A stretch of DNA of 32,000 nucleotides from Ferroglobus placidus DSM 10642 (GCF_000025505.1 NC_013849.1:900001-932000), one strand, 5' to 3'; numbered from the stretch's first letter, positions 9,128-18,178 are shown. The notes: generated by a model from the letters alone, not told the origin. Translations and numbers: made by a program.

Positions 9128-10060
9128 TTACTCGAGCTTAGCTCCGCAGTTCAGGCAGAACTTCGAGAAGTCTGGCAAAAATTCTGCTCCGCACTTCTCG
9201 CACTTCTTCATTAAAGGTCCGTAAGGATACCTCGGGTCCATTCCCTTTCCTATCCTGTCTCTTATCTCTCTCATCCTCGCCTTCCTCTTCTGCTTGAACG
9301 CCCACAGCCCTTCGCTCGGCTCGACTCCGCCTATGTTTAAAGAGAACCAGGCTTTACCGTGCTCCCAAGTAAGTCTCCAGACAAGGTCTCTCCACCAGTT
9401 CAAATGGACTTTGAAGTACCAAAGGCTCGAAGGAGACAGGTCGAGCATTCTGTCTATCATCTCCTTAACCTTCTCATCAAGCTTTTCCTGAGGAACCACG
9501 GCGTTAACGATCCCCCATTCGTAAGCAGTCTTCGCATCGATCTCGCTGCTCATCATGACTATTTCGGCAGCCCTCTTCAAGCCTATGTGTAACGGCAGCC
9601 ACTGAGATAACCCGCCGATGGAGGTCATTCCAACTCTTGGCCCGGGAGATATGAACCTCGCGTTTTCGCTTGCCACGGCTAAATCGCAGGCGCAAACGAA
9701 CTCGAAGCCTCCTCCTGCTGTGACTCCGTTCACCCTCGCTATAACCGGCTTTCCGCAGTGCATTATCATGTCGAAAACTCTTCCGTAGATTTCTCCCCAC
9801 TTCCAGAAGTCAGAAGGTTTCTTAGTGTACTCCTCAGCGTATTCGTGCACGTTACCTCCAGTACAGAAGGCTTTGTCGCCAACGCCGGTAAGAACTATGA
9901 ACTGTATGTCGTCGTTCCACATCGCTTTTTCTATAGCATCGACCATCTCCCTAAGGGTCGTCAACGTGTAAGAATTGTACTCGTGGGGACGATTTATTGC
10001 TATCAGAGCTGTATGCGTGTACCAGTTTTCGTCGTAAATAATCTCTTTGTAGTCCGCCAT
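9128..10060 (-). CDS. Crotonase-family protein resembling 6-oxocyclohex-1-ene-1-carbonyl-CoA hydrolase (Oah/BamA), with C-terminal zinc ribbon
   Basis: 310 aa; 'TGVGDKAFCTGGNVHEYAEEYTKKP', 'CGKPVIARVNGVTAGGGFEFVCACDLAVA', 'WEHGKAWFSLNIG' resemble BamA/Oah motifs; C terminus 'CEKCGAEFLPDFSKFCLNCGAKLE'. Confidence 0.75.
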   Translation of the reverse strand: MADYKEIIYDENWYTHTALIAINRPHEYNSYTLTTLREMVDAIEKAMWNDDIQFIVLTGVGDKAFCTGGNVHEYAEEYTKKPSDFWKWGEIYGRVFDMIMHCGKPVIARVNGVTAGGGFEFVCACDLAVASENARFISPGPRVGMTSIGGLSQWLPLHIGLKRAAEIVMMSSEIDAKTAYEWGIVNAVVPQEKLDEKVKEMIDRMLDLSPSSLWYFKVHLNWWRDLVWRLTWEHGKAWFSLNIGGVEPSEGLWAFKQKRKARMREIRDRIGKGMDPRYPYGPLMKKCEKCGAEFLPDFSKFCLNCGAKLE

Positions 10061-10080
10061 GGTAAAATGTTGTAGAGGGA

Positions 10081-10098
10081 AAATATAAAGTTTACGAA
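10081..10098 (-). promoter_or_regulatory. Putative core promoter of the BamA-like gene
   Basis: Minus strand reads TTCGTAAACTTTATATTT about 25 nt upstream of the start at 10060. Confidence 0.4.
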
Positions 10099-10110
10099 TT
10101 AAAGCCGAAA

Positions 10111-10902
10111 TTAATTGTTATCTTTACTTTGTAAAGACTTCTGGAGGGCTAACAATGCCGCTCCGTAGGCACCGATTATTTGAGGGTTTTCTGGGACAGA
10201 AATGCTGACTTTAAGCTCTTCCTCCAGAGCTTTTACCACTCCTTTATTTTTAGCAACTCCTCCTGTCATCACAACTCTCTCCCTAATTCCCACCTGCTTT
10301 ACAATTCCAGCCACCCTTTTAGCTATAGCTCTGCAGACTCCGGCAACGACGTCGTAAACGTCCTTTCCTTCAGCGAGCAAAGAAATTACTTCGCTTTCCG
10401 CAAAAACCGTGCAGACGCTCGTAATTTCGACCTTATTTTTAGCTTTGAAATACGCTTCCGAAAGTTCCTCGAGCGTTAAGCCGAGAGTTGACGCCATAAC
10501 TTCAAGGAATTTTCCAGTTCCAGCAGCGCACTTATCGTTCATAGCGAAGTTGATAACTCTCCCGTTTTCATCCAAAGCTATAGCTTTGGAATCCTGTCCT
10601 CCTACATCTATGACCGTTCTGCAATCGGGAAAAATTTTCTTAACTCCCGTCGCATGGCAGGTTATCTCGGTAACTTTTTCATCCGCAAAGTCCTCAGCAG
10701 CAAGATTTCTTCCGTATCCTGTGGCTACTACGTACTCAACTTTCCCATCAACTTTTTTCAGTGCTTCCTCGAGAGCGAGTCTACCAACTTCTTTAACTTT
10801 TGCTCCAGTTTTAATTATGCTGTAGGAAAGTATCTCCCCCTTTTCATTTATTACGCAAGCCTTTGTCGTGTTGGAGCCAATATCCACTCCAGCGAACATC
10901 AT
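10111..10902 (-). CDS. ASKHA-type ATPase activator of the 2-hydroxyacyl-CoA dehydratase / benzoyl-CoA reductase family (HgdC/BcrD-like)
   Basis: 263 aa; 'AGVDIGSNTTKACV', 'VIDVGGQDSKAIAL', 'NDKCAAGTGKFLEVMA', 'VCTVFAESEVISLLAEG', 'VMTGGVAKN'. Confidence 0.92.
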   Translation of the reverse strand: MMFAGVDIGSNTTKACVINEKGEILSYSIIKTGAKVKEVGRLALEEALKKVDGKVEYVVATGYGRNLAAEDFADEKVTEITCHATGVKKIFPDCRTVIDVGGQDSKAIALDENGRVINFAMNDKCAAGTGKFLEVMASTLGLTLEELSEAYFKAKNKVEITSVCTVFAESEVISLLAEGKDVYDVVAGVCRAIAKRVAGIVKQVGIRERVVMTGGVAKNKGVVKALEEELKVSISVPENPQIIGAYGAALLALQKSLQSKDNN

Positions 10903-12155
10903 AACAGAGCCTCTATAAAAGCGTCTATTTTCGTTTTTGCCCTCTCAATTGGCATCATCCTCGGATCGCACTGGGGTGCTTCGAGTATCAGGCTTGGAAC
11001 ACCCAGATCTTCCTTCAGTCTTTCGGCGAGGGGGTAAATTATAGCAGAAGTTATTCTGCAGCCCGTGTTTTCGAGGAGCAAAGCTCCGTCTATATCAGCC
11101 TTTTTAGCGGTTTTTATGACGCTGTCCAAAAAAGAGTAGTCGCAGTTGGTGAAGTGGAAACTTCTCTTAGCCATGCTTCTGAAGGGGTCTTTCGCTTCAA
11201 CTCTATGTACTGAAGCGTTGACGTAGAGATTGACCGGAAAATTCGCTCCCTTACTTTCGCAGTACTGGTAGAGTTCGAGGGTGTGCCAAGGCATTATACC
11301 GAAGGTAAGAAATCTAAGCTTTTCCTCCGAAACTCCTTCTCCCTTCTTAACCCTCTCCTTTATTTTTTCGTAAGCCTTCTCGCAGAATTCTAAAGCGTAA
11401 TCGCTGCCGAGGACGAAGAAGGCTATGAAAACCAAATCCCCTATCTCCCTCTGACTTCCGGGAGTTGGCTTGGACATCATAAGTTTTAAAATTTCTATGA
11501 GTAGCTCGGAAGTTTTCTCGGAAATCCTGAACACTTCCTTCATCCTTTCCTCGTCAAAATCTCCGGCAATTTTTTCCATGAACTCGACGAGCTTCTTCAA
11601 CCTCGAAATGACATATTCCAAATAGAATTCGTCCACCCATTCAGCGTCTTTTGTCAGCTCGTCCACGTTCCTAAGAGAATCTTTAGTCCAGTAGGGGTAG
11701 TTCACGAAAAACCTCGGCACTTTGTAGTATCTGGCAAAAACTTCAGCCATTTCAGTATGAGCGACGCACAAAGCTCTCGTCCCAACTATGAAGTCGGGCT
11801 TTGGCATCAAAGGCTTTGTCGCCTTCTCTGGAGAGATTATCGATCCTATCGTCGTTTTAAAGTAATCGCAGAGGAAGTGGGAGTATCCGGAGGATATTGC
11901 CTCGTCTATTAAAGCCATTGAAGAGCCTCTTGCCGCACAGTAAGCCGAATACTGCTCGGGGAAGGCTGAAACAACATCGAAAACGTAAATTAGCTCAGAT
12001 GGATGGAAGGAGAAAAACCATCCCACCGGTCTGCCTTTTTTCAGCAACTCCTCCTGCCTCGCGAGATGCTTTTTGAACAAACTCCTGTAAAGCTCTTTAT
12101 AACCGAGAGGGTTCCACATTTTTTCACCTTCCGAAAGATTCGATAAAAGCTTCAA
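10899..12155 (-). CDS. 2-hydroxyacyl-CoA dehydratase / benzoyl-CoA reductase subunit (BcrB/HgdA-like)
   Basis: 418 aa; 'RPVGWFFSFHPSELIYVFDVVSAFPEQYSAYCAARG', 'LLLENTGCRITS', 'LEAPQCDPRM'. Sits in a tightly packed operon with the activator. Confidence 0.85.
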   Translation of the reverse strand: MKLLSNLSEGEKMWNPLGYKELYRSLFKKHLARQEELLKKGRPVGWFFSFHPSELIYVFDVVSAFPEQYSAYCAARGSSMALIDEAISSGYSHFLCDYFKTTIGSIISPEKATKPLMPKPDFIVGTRALCVAHTEMAEVFARYYKVPRFFVNYPYWTKDSLRNVDELTKDAEWVDEFYLEYVISRLKKLVEFMEKIAGDFDEERMKEVFRISEKTSELLIEILKLMMSKPTPGSQREIGDLVFIAFFVLGSDYALEFCEKAYEKIKERVKKGEGVSEEKLRFLTFGIMPWHTLELYQYCESKGANFPVNLYVNASVHRVEAKDPFRSMAKRSFHFTNCDYSFLDSVIKTAKKADIDGALLLENTGCRITSAIIYPLAERLKEDLGVPSLILEAPQCDPRMMPIERAKTKIDAFIEALL

Positions 12156-13224
12156 CCCTCGTTTTGTACTGCTCGATGCTAATCGGATACTCGTAATCCA
12201 AAACCAACACCGGAACGTTAAGCTCCCTCACTATCCAGCTGCACTGATGCCCGCAGATTTCGCAACCCCTCTCCTTCATAAGTATCACCGCTTCAGCTTT
12301 GCTCTTCTCGATCCTTTTACTTATGAACTCAATTCTCTCATCGATCGGGGACGCCTTAGAAGACATTGTGCACGAGCAGATCGAGAAGTACCTTTTCGCA
12401 ACGCTTTCTATTGAGCCGTCGTCAACCATGCCAGAGTAGTAAGCTGCAGAAGTGCAGAAATCGTCGGAAACTATCGCCAAACCCCAGTCCTCGAGATTCC
12501 TAAGAAAGTTCACGTCGGCAAAGTCGGTTCCGGAAACGTGAACTCTGATTTTGTAATCTTCTCTTCCTTCCCTCCGCTCAGCCTCTCTGTAAAAATCCCT
12601 CGCTATCTGCAAAAAATCCTCCTTAAGCATTTGCTGGGAAATTAGCATTAGAGAGAGAAACTCGCTTCCGCTAACCTTCGGGTTCTCCTTGCTCCTCAAG
12701 CTGTCTATCCTCGAGCAAAGGATTCTGTACTCGTTGTAAATCTCAACGGAATCTCTTAGCTTCTTCTTATCAATATCGGTTTTCAAAAAATTGGAAAGCT
12801 TTAAAGAAAACCTCTCCAGCTCCTCTTTAAAGAAGTGGAAAGAATCCTCATCTTTCACGAAGGGAAATTGGATGAGGTAAGAAAATTCGGGTTTGACGTA
12901 AAAGGTGTAGGAGGAGAAGAGGTGAATTTTCGTGTCGTCGGTTGTTGAGGAAACAATGCCATCTACTTTAAAGCCCCTCAAACCGTCCTCCATAACCCCT
13001 CGCGAATAGCTGCACATCCAGCTGGGGAATTTCGCATATACCTCTTTGAACTCGTTAACTCCGAAGAGCCTTACCGGAACCGCTCCGAGAGAATGGATGA
13101 TCTCTTCAGGCACCGTGTTACACATCGTCCCGATTATTTTCTTCCCTCTTCTCCTGTACTCTTCGATCTTTTTCCTTTCGATAAAAAACTCCTGAAAAAT
13201 TTTTGGTATCATTTTAACCTCCAC
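12124..13224 (-). CDS. 2-hydroxyacyl-CoA dehydratase / benzoyl-CoA reductase subunit (BcrC/HgdB-like)
   Basis: 366 aa; 'KIIGTMCNTVPEEIIHSLGAVPVRLFG', 'RGCEICGHQCSWIVRELNVPVLVLDYEY'. Confidence 0.87.
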   Translation of the reverse strand: MEVKMIPKIFQEFFIERKKIEEYRRRGKKIIGTMCNTVPEEIIHSLGAVPVRLFGVNEFKEVYAKFPSWMCSYSRGVMEDGLRGFKVDGIVSSTTDDTKIHLFSSYTFYVKPEFSYLIQFPFVKDEDSFHFFKEELERFSLKLSNFLKTDIDKKKLRDSVEIYNEYRILCSRIDSLRSKENPKVSGSEFLSLMLISQQMLKEDFLQIARDFYREAERREGREDYKIRVHVSGTDFADVNFLRNLEDWGLAIVSDDFCTSAAYYSGMVDDGSIESVAKRYFSICSCTMSSKASPIDERIEFISKRIEKSKAEAVILMKERGCEICGHQCSWIVRELNVPVLVLDYEYPISIEQYKTRVEAFIESFGR

Positions 13225-14881
13225 GCTTCTTTCTCTCCTCTTCTCTAAGAACCCTCCTGAGAATCTTTCCTACTGCACTCTTGGGCAGCTCATCCCTGAA
13301 TTCGACGATTCTCGGAATCTTGTAAGCAGCCAAGTGCTTCCTCGCAAACTCGATGATTTCCTCTTCAGTAACTTTGCCCTTGTACTCGGGCTTGAGAACT
13401 ATGAAGGCTTTGGGCACCTCTCCTCTGTACTCGTCGGGAACTCCTATCACGGCGCATTCTAAAACTGCTGGATGCCTGTACAAGACTTCCTCAACCTCAG
13501 AAGGATAGACGTTGTATCCGCTTACTATGATCATGTCTTTCTTCCTGTCGACTATGTAAATGTAGCCGTCCTCATCCATGTATCCGATGTCGCCAGTGTA
13601 GAGCCACCCATCCCTTATCGCTTCCTTCGTCCTCTCCGGATCGTTCCAGTACTCCCTTATTATTTTCTTGCTCCTGAGAACTATCTCTCCTACGTTCTCC
13701 TCCCCCGGAGGTAGATCTTTTCCAGTTTCTGGATCGACTATTTTGATCTCCACGCTCGGCACGGGCATTCCAGCGCTTCCAACCTTTATAACTCCGTGAA
13801 CCGGGTTGCTCGTACCAATTATCGCAGCCTCAGTCAATCCCCACTGCTCGATGACAGTTGCGTCTGGCATTAACTCCTTCACCTTCCTCAAAAGCTCAAT
13901 AGGCACCGGAGCTGAGCCGACGCTGATAACTCTAACGGAAGAAAGATCTCTTCTCTTCACTTCAGGATGATTCACTATAGCTACAAGATGCGTCGGGACG
14001 CAGTGTATCTGAGTGATTCTGTACCTCTCCACAGCTCTCAAAAATTCTCCGGCTTCGAAGTAGGGGAAGAGAACCACCGTTCCGGCATTGTAGAAAACGT
14101 TCATGTTGCTCGTCCATATTCCGTTTCCGTGGAACATCGGCATCAAACCAGAGAAAACATCCTTGCCCTTTCTCGCATCGAGCACTATCGAGAATATCTT
14201 CGCATCTATCATCAAATTTCTGTGGGTGTAAACAGCCCCCTTCGGTCTTCCAGTCGTACCGCCGGTGTACGTTAATGAAGCAACATCCTCAAGGGAGACG
14301 TCGAATTTCGCCGGTTTGGGATTCTTCTTTAAAAGTTCGGTGAAGAAAATCACTCTTTCGTCGCTTTTCAGCTCCTCCTCGTTCTTGTAAGGCAGAAACC
14401 TCCTCGAAGTTGGAGGGAGGTAATCCTTTAAGCTCGTAACTATGATGTGTTCCAGCGGAGTTTTGTCGAAGACAGCCTTCACCCTATCGTAGAGGATGTC
14501 GAGGGTTACGATAGCCTTAGCTCCGGAGTGGTTGAGCTGATACTCAAGCTCCCTTTCGGTGTACATAACGTTCGTATGAACAGCTATCATCCCGTTGCTC
14601 AAAGCAGCAAAGTAGCCGATGTTGAACTGCGGACAGTTCGGCATGAAAAACGAAATTCTGTCTCCTTTTTCCAGGTAATCCGAGAAAGCGTTTGCAACTC
14701 TTAAAACCTGATCGAAGAACTCTCTGTAAGTTAGAGTGTGCCCGTAGTAAATTATCGCATCCTTGTCAGCGTACTCTTTTGCTACTTCAGCCAGCATTTC
14801 CGGTGGAGTTTTATCAGGCTCTTCGATATCCTCGGGCCATCCGATGTACTTGTACCACTTCTTCCAAATCATCCGAACCAC
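13214..14881 (-). CDS. AMP-forming acyl/aryl-CoA ligase
   Basis: 555 aa; AMP-binding motif 'LTYTGGTTGRPKGAVYTHRN', 'GWLYTGDIGYMDEDGYIYIVDRKKDMIIVSGYNVYPSEVEE', 'PKSAVGKILRR'. Confidence 0.93.
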   Translation of the reverse strand: MVRMIWKKWYKYIGWPEDIEEPDKTPPEMLAEVAKEYADKDAIIYYGHTLTYREFFDQVLRVANAFSDYLEKGDRISFFMPNCPQFNIGYFAALSNGMIAVHTNVMYTERELEYQLNHSGAKAIVTLDILYDRVKAVFDKTPLEHIIVTSLKDYLPPTSRRFLPYKNEEELKSDERVIFFTELLKKNPKPAKFDVSLEDVASLTYTGGTTGRPKGAVYTHRNLMIDAKIFSIVLDARKGKDVFSGLMPMFHGNGIWTSNMNVFYNAGTVVLFPYFEAGEFLRAVERYRITQIHCVPTHLVAIVNHPEVKRRDLSSVRVISVGSAPVPIELLRKVKELMPDATVIEQWGLTEAAIIGTSNPVHGVIKVGSAGMPVPSVEIKIVDPETGKDLPPGEENVGEIVLRSKKIIREYWNDPERTKEAIRDGWLYTGDIGYMDEDGYIYIVDRKKDMIIVSGYNVYPSEVEEVLYRHPAVLECAVIGVPDEYRGEVPKAFIVLKPEYKGKVTEEEIIEFARKHLAAYKIPRIVEFRDELPKSAVGKILRRVLREEERKKRGG

Positions 14882-14930
14882 CTTTTACACTTTTAAACAA
14901 TTACCGGTTATTTTCTAAAACTTGTAAAGG

Positions 14931-14961
14931 AAATTAATAAGTTTTACGCAACTTTGTAAAA
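14931..14961 (-). promoter_or_regulatory. Putative promoter region of the ligase gene with inverted repeat TTTTAC-N8-GTAAAA
   Basis: Minus strand TTTTACAAAGTTGCGTAAAACTTATTAATTT; arms at 14942-14947 and 14956-14961; TATA-like CTTATTAAT adjacent. Confidence 0.35.
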
Positions 14962-14962
14962 G

Positions 14963-15937
14963 TCAGCTGCGAAGAGAGCTTCTAATTTTGTGCCACAGAC
15001 CTTCCGGAGAGAGCAATGCAACCGCTATCAGAATTGCGTAAAGAACGATTTCGTCGTTTACAAAAGCTCCCTGAGGGATCATCGTTTTCAGGAAGAGGTT
15101 CTTCAATAAGTAGACGATGATTCCGCCTATTAAAGGTCCGTAGAGCGTTCCAAGCCCGCCAAGAACTGCCGACAAAATAATCATTAACATGAGAGGTATG
15201 TCGTACAAATCCGGACCGACTGTAATTCTGTAAAGAACTATAGTCGCTCCGGCTACTCCGGCAAAGAAAGAACTTATCGTAAAGGCGAGAACTTTGTACT
15301 TCACGACGTCAATTCCCAAAGCTTCGGCCAGTTCCTCGTCATCTCTCACCGCCATGAATCTGTAACCCAAATCGCTCTTAACGATGTAACGCATGGCTAA
15401 AAAGCACAGTAAAAAGACTGCAAAGGCTACGTAATACCTAACCACCGGCGATTGGGACAAAGCTCTCTCCAAACCTATGGAAAATCCCTCTTCCCCACCG
15501 AAAACGTCGGAGAAAACGTAAACTGTTTGGATGAAAACGAGGGGGAGTATTGCGGTGACCAAAGCGAAATAGTATCCTTTAAGCCTCAAAGTTACGAAGC
15601 CTATAGCAGCTCCGAAGAGGGCTGCTACGATTCCACCTATTAAAATCGACAGAAACTGATTCTGAGGAGGCATAGAAGCTAAAGCTGAAGAAAAGCTTTC
15701 GAATCTTGAAGGGACTTGGAGTAAAGCTGCCGTATACGCTCCGAGCCCAACGAAGACCGTATGACCGAGGTTAACTTGTCCGGTGTATCCGACTATTATA
15801 TCCCAGCTCAGTACGAGGATAAGAAATAGAAAGAGCATTCCGAAGAGGAAGAGGTAACCTTCGGGGGTGTAGAAAGGTAGCGTTAACGCAACTATCAATC
15901 CGATTAAGCCTATCAAGTAATTCTTCAAACCCCTCAT
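14963..15937 (-). CDS. livM: Branched-chain-type ABC transporter permease (LivM family)
   Basis: 324 aa; 'GYTGQVNLGHTVFVGLGAYTAALL', 'GLGTLYGPLIGGIIVYLLK'. Confidence 0.9.
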   Translation of the reverse strand: MRGLKNYLIGLIGLIVALTLPFYTPEGYLFLFGMLFLFLILVLSWDIIVGYTGQVNLGHTVFVGLGAYTAALLQVPSRFESFSSALASMPPQNQFLSILIGGIVAALFGAAIGFVTLRLKGYYFALVTAILPLVFIQTVYVFSDVFGGEEGFSIGLERALSQSPVVRYYVAFAVFLLCFLAMRYIVKSDLGYRFMAVRDDEELAEALGIDVVKYKVLAFTISSFFAGVAGATIVLYRITVGPDLYDIPLMLMIILSAVLGGLGTLYGPLIGGIIVYLLKNLFLKTMIPQGAFVNDEIVLYAILIAVALLSPEGLWHKIRSSLRS

Positions 15938-16791
15938 TCTTCCACCCCGAAGAGTCCCGTAGGTTTGAATATCAGCACGGCTATTATCAAAAGCATAACA
16001 ACGAATTCAGCCCACCTCGCTCCGAGAAAAACGATCGTTGTTGCCAAAACGTAGCCGACGATAAAAGAAGCCACTATGCTACCTTTCACGCTACCGAGTC
16101 CTCCCAAAATGACTATTGCGAAAGCGAAAATCAGAGACTTTATTGCTGCAAAAGGATTAGCTGAGAATATCTGAGCGTAAAATATTCCAGCGAAGCCGGC
16201 TAAGATTGCCGAGACGAACATAGTAACCGTGAAAATTCTTTCCACGTTTATGCCGATCAGCATTGCTCCCTCGTAATTCTGGGAAGCTGCGCTTATCATT
16301 TTACCGGTTCTCGTTTTGTTTATGAATATTTCGAGAATTACGAGAATTGCAATCGAGAAAACGAAAGCCAAAATTCTTTTATAGGTAACCGGAACGTCGT
16401 AAATTCTCACAACACCTCCCACAAAGCTCGGCAAGCTCACACCGTGTTCGCCGTAGGTGAGCAGAATTATCTGCTCGAAAAGTAAAGCCAAAGCGAGCGT
16501 TACTATTATGACCATAACTTCGTGCTCCCTTATCGGAGCGAGCAAAAACCTGTAGATTGCGACAGCCAAAGCTCCGATTAGAAGAACGCCGAGAATGACA
16601 GAGAGATAAAGGTTTAATCCGCTTTTGTAAAACGTTATCGCAAAATAAGCTGCTAAAACGAAGAAAGTGCCGTGGGCGAAGTTTAAAATTCTCGAAACGC
16701 CGAAAATGAGCGTGAAACCCGAGGAAACTAAAGCCCACATTCCACTTATAACCGCACCGTATATAAGTATCCTGACAATGTCTTCAATCAT
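15934..16791 (-). CDS. livH: Branched-chain-type ABC transporter permease (LivH family)
   Basis: 285 aa; 'LIFGVSRILNFAHGTFFVLAAYFA', 'VILGGLGSVKGSIVASFIVGYV'; overlaps livM by 4 nt. Confidence 0.9.
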   Translation of the reverse strand: MIEDIVRILIYGAVISGMWALVSSGFTLIFGVSRILNFAHGTFFVLAAYFAITFYKSGLNLYLSVILGVLLIGALAVAIYRFLLAPIREHEVMVIIVTLALALLFEQIILLTYGEHGVSLPSFVGGVVRIYDVPVTYKRILAFVFSIAILVILEIFINKTRTGKMISAASQNYEGAMLIGINVERIFTVTMFVSAILAGFAGIFYAQIFSANPFAAIKSLIFAFAIVILGGLGSVKGSIVASFIVGYVLATTIVFLGARWAEFVVMLLIIAVLIFKPTGLFGVEE

Positions 16792-16852
16792 ACTTAATCA
16801 CGACATTACAAAAAATAAAAAATTTTCGGAAATATTTTACAAAGTTAAATCT

Positions 16853-18178
16853 TCACTCAAGCCAAGGCGGCAATTTCAAGTCGCAGGTTGCGACGGTCTC
16901 TGGGTAAAGAATGCACTGCTTACCATCCTGCCACTGGCTGACCCAGTTCCTCACGTACTCGTCTCCCCAGACTAACGCGTGGTTCTTGTGGAAGGCAACG
17001 TTCCTCGTAAGCTTAGCCGGATTTCCTGGCTTGAACTGTTCGAGGTACTTCACCACAACGTCGGGATCAAACGGATTCTCTTCTCCGGCTTTGTAAGCCG
17101 CTTCCACAGCCATCTTGTATATGTAAACCGCATCGTAAGCTCCGTAGGCTTGATGAGATTCGGGATAGTGCCCGTACTTCTCCTTGTAAGCTTCTATAAA
17201 GTGCTTAGCCATTTCTGTTGGCGGAGCAGTAACCAAAACTCCACCGTCAGCGAGGAATATGTAGTACTCGGCAGCTCCTCCCGTCTTCTCGTAGAACTGG
17301 TAGTCTATAGCAGCTAAATCGTGTCCGGCTAAGAGGAACTTCGGCTGTAACTCAGCCCACTGCTTCACCAAGACGTCGCCGGTTCCGGCTATAGCAAGTA
17401 TTGGCATAACGAGATCGGCTCCTTTATCTTCAGCGTCGATCAGAAGCTGCTCGTATTCGGTGTAACCTCTCCCGACTTTCGCATCTCCCACGATCTCAAT
17501 GCCTCTCTCCTCGAGGAGAGGAGTAAGATCCTTCATAACGGCGTCCGTCCAGACGTGCTCGTCTCTTATTATGTACACCTTGTTAACCTCGTAACCCTTG
17601 CTTCTCAGATAATCGATCATTCCGGCTAAGTCCCAGGCAAAAGTAGTTCCGTTGTTCTGGCTGATCCTGAACCAGTACTTGTACTTCTCGTAGTTCTCAG
17701 CAACCTTAGCCGGATGAGCCGGAGAGGATGCGTCAGCCAAGAATACTGTCTTCGTCTCAGCCATAACTTCCATCATTGTGTTCATAACTCCGCTGCTGAA
17801 TCCTCCCAGAATCATGTCAGCTTTCTCCACCTCAGCCAACCTTCTGAATTCAGAAGCTGCCGTATCCGGATTAAGCTTCGTATCACCTACGACGATCCTT
17901 ATCGGCAATCCGAGAATTCCTCCTTTAGCGTTTATCTCCTCAGCTGCTAACCTTGCAGCTTTCTCCTCAGCCTGTCCCTCTGGCAGAGCCATCGGACCGA
18001 TGACCCCTATCACCACCTCTTTTTTACCTCCAAACTTCGGAGTTGGCGTTGGAGTTGCTGCGGGAGTTTCCTTCTTCTCCGGTGTTGGCGTTGGCGTAGG
18101 AGTTGCTTTCTCAGCTGGCTGTGCGCAGCCGAAGAGCAAAGCAGCTACAACCAGCAGCAAAACTACTTTTCGCATCAT
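16853..18178 (-). CDS. livK: Liv-type ABC transporter substrate-binding lipoprotein
   Basis: 441 aa; signal peptide and lipobox 'ALLFGCAQ', then a Thr-Pro linker 'TPTPTPTPEKKETPAATPTPTP', then 'VIGVIGPMALPEGQAEEKAARLAAEEINAKGGILG'. Confidence 0.9.
   Translation of the reverse strand: MMRKVVLLLVVAALLFGCAQPAEKATPTPTPTPEKKETPAATPTPTPKFGGKKEVVIGVIGPMALPEGQAEEKAARLAAEEINAKGGILGLPIRIVVGDTKLNPDTAASEFRRLAEVEKADMILGGFSSGVMNTMMEVMAETKTVFLADASSPAHPAKVAENYEKYKYWFRISQNNGTTFAWDLAGMIDYLRSKGYEVNKVYIIRDEHVWTDAVMKDLTPLLEERGIEIVGDAKVGRGYTEYEQLLIDAEDKGADLVMPILAIAGTGDVLVKQWAELQPKFLLAGHDLAAIDYQFYEKTGGAAEYYIFLADGGVLVTAPPTEMAKHFIEAYKEKYGHYPESHQAYGAYDAVYIYKMAVEAAYKAGEENPFDPDVVVKYLEQFKPGNPAKLTRNVAFHKNHALVWGDEYVRNWVSQWQDGKQCILYPETVATCDLKLPPWLE

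Noticed and set aside
10122-10136. Perfect inverted repeat CTTTAC-TTT-GTAAAG near the activator gene end
   Set aside because: It lies inside the last codons of the activator gene (…QSKDNN stop) and has a 3-nt loop and weak AT-rich arms; not enough to call an operator or terminator, though it resembles the motif at 14942-14961.
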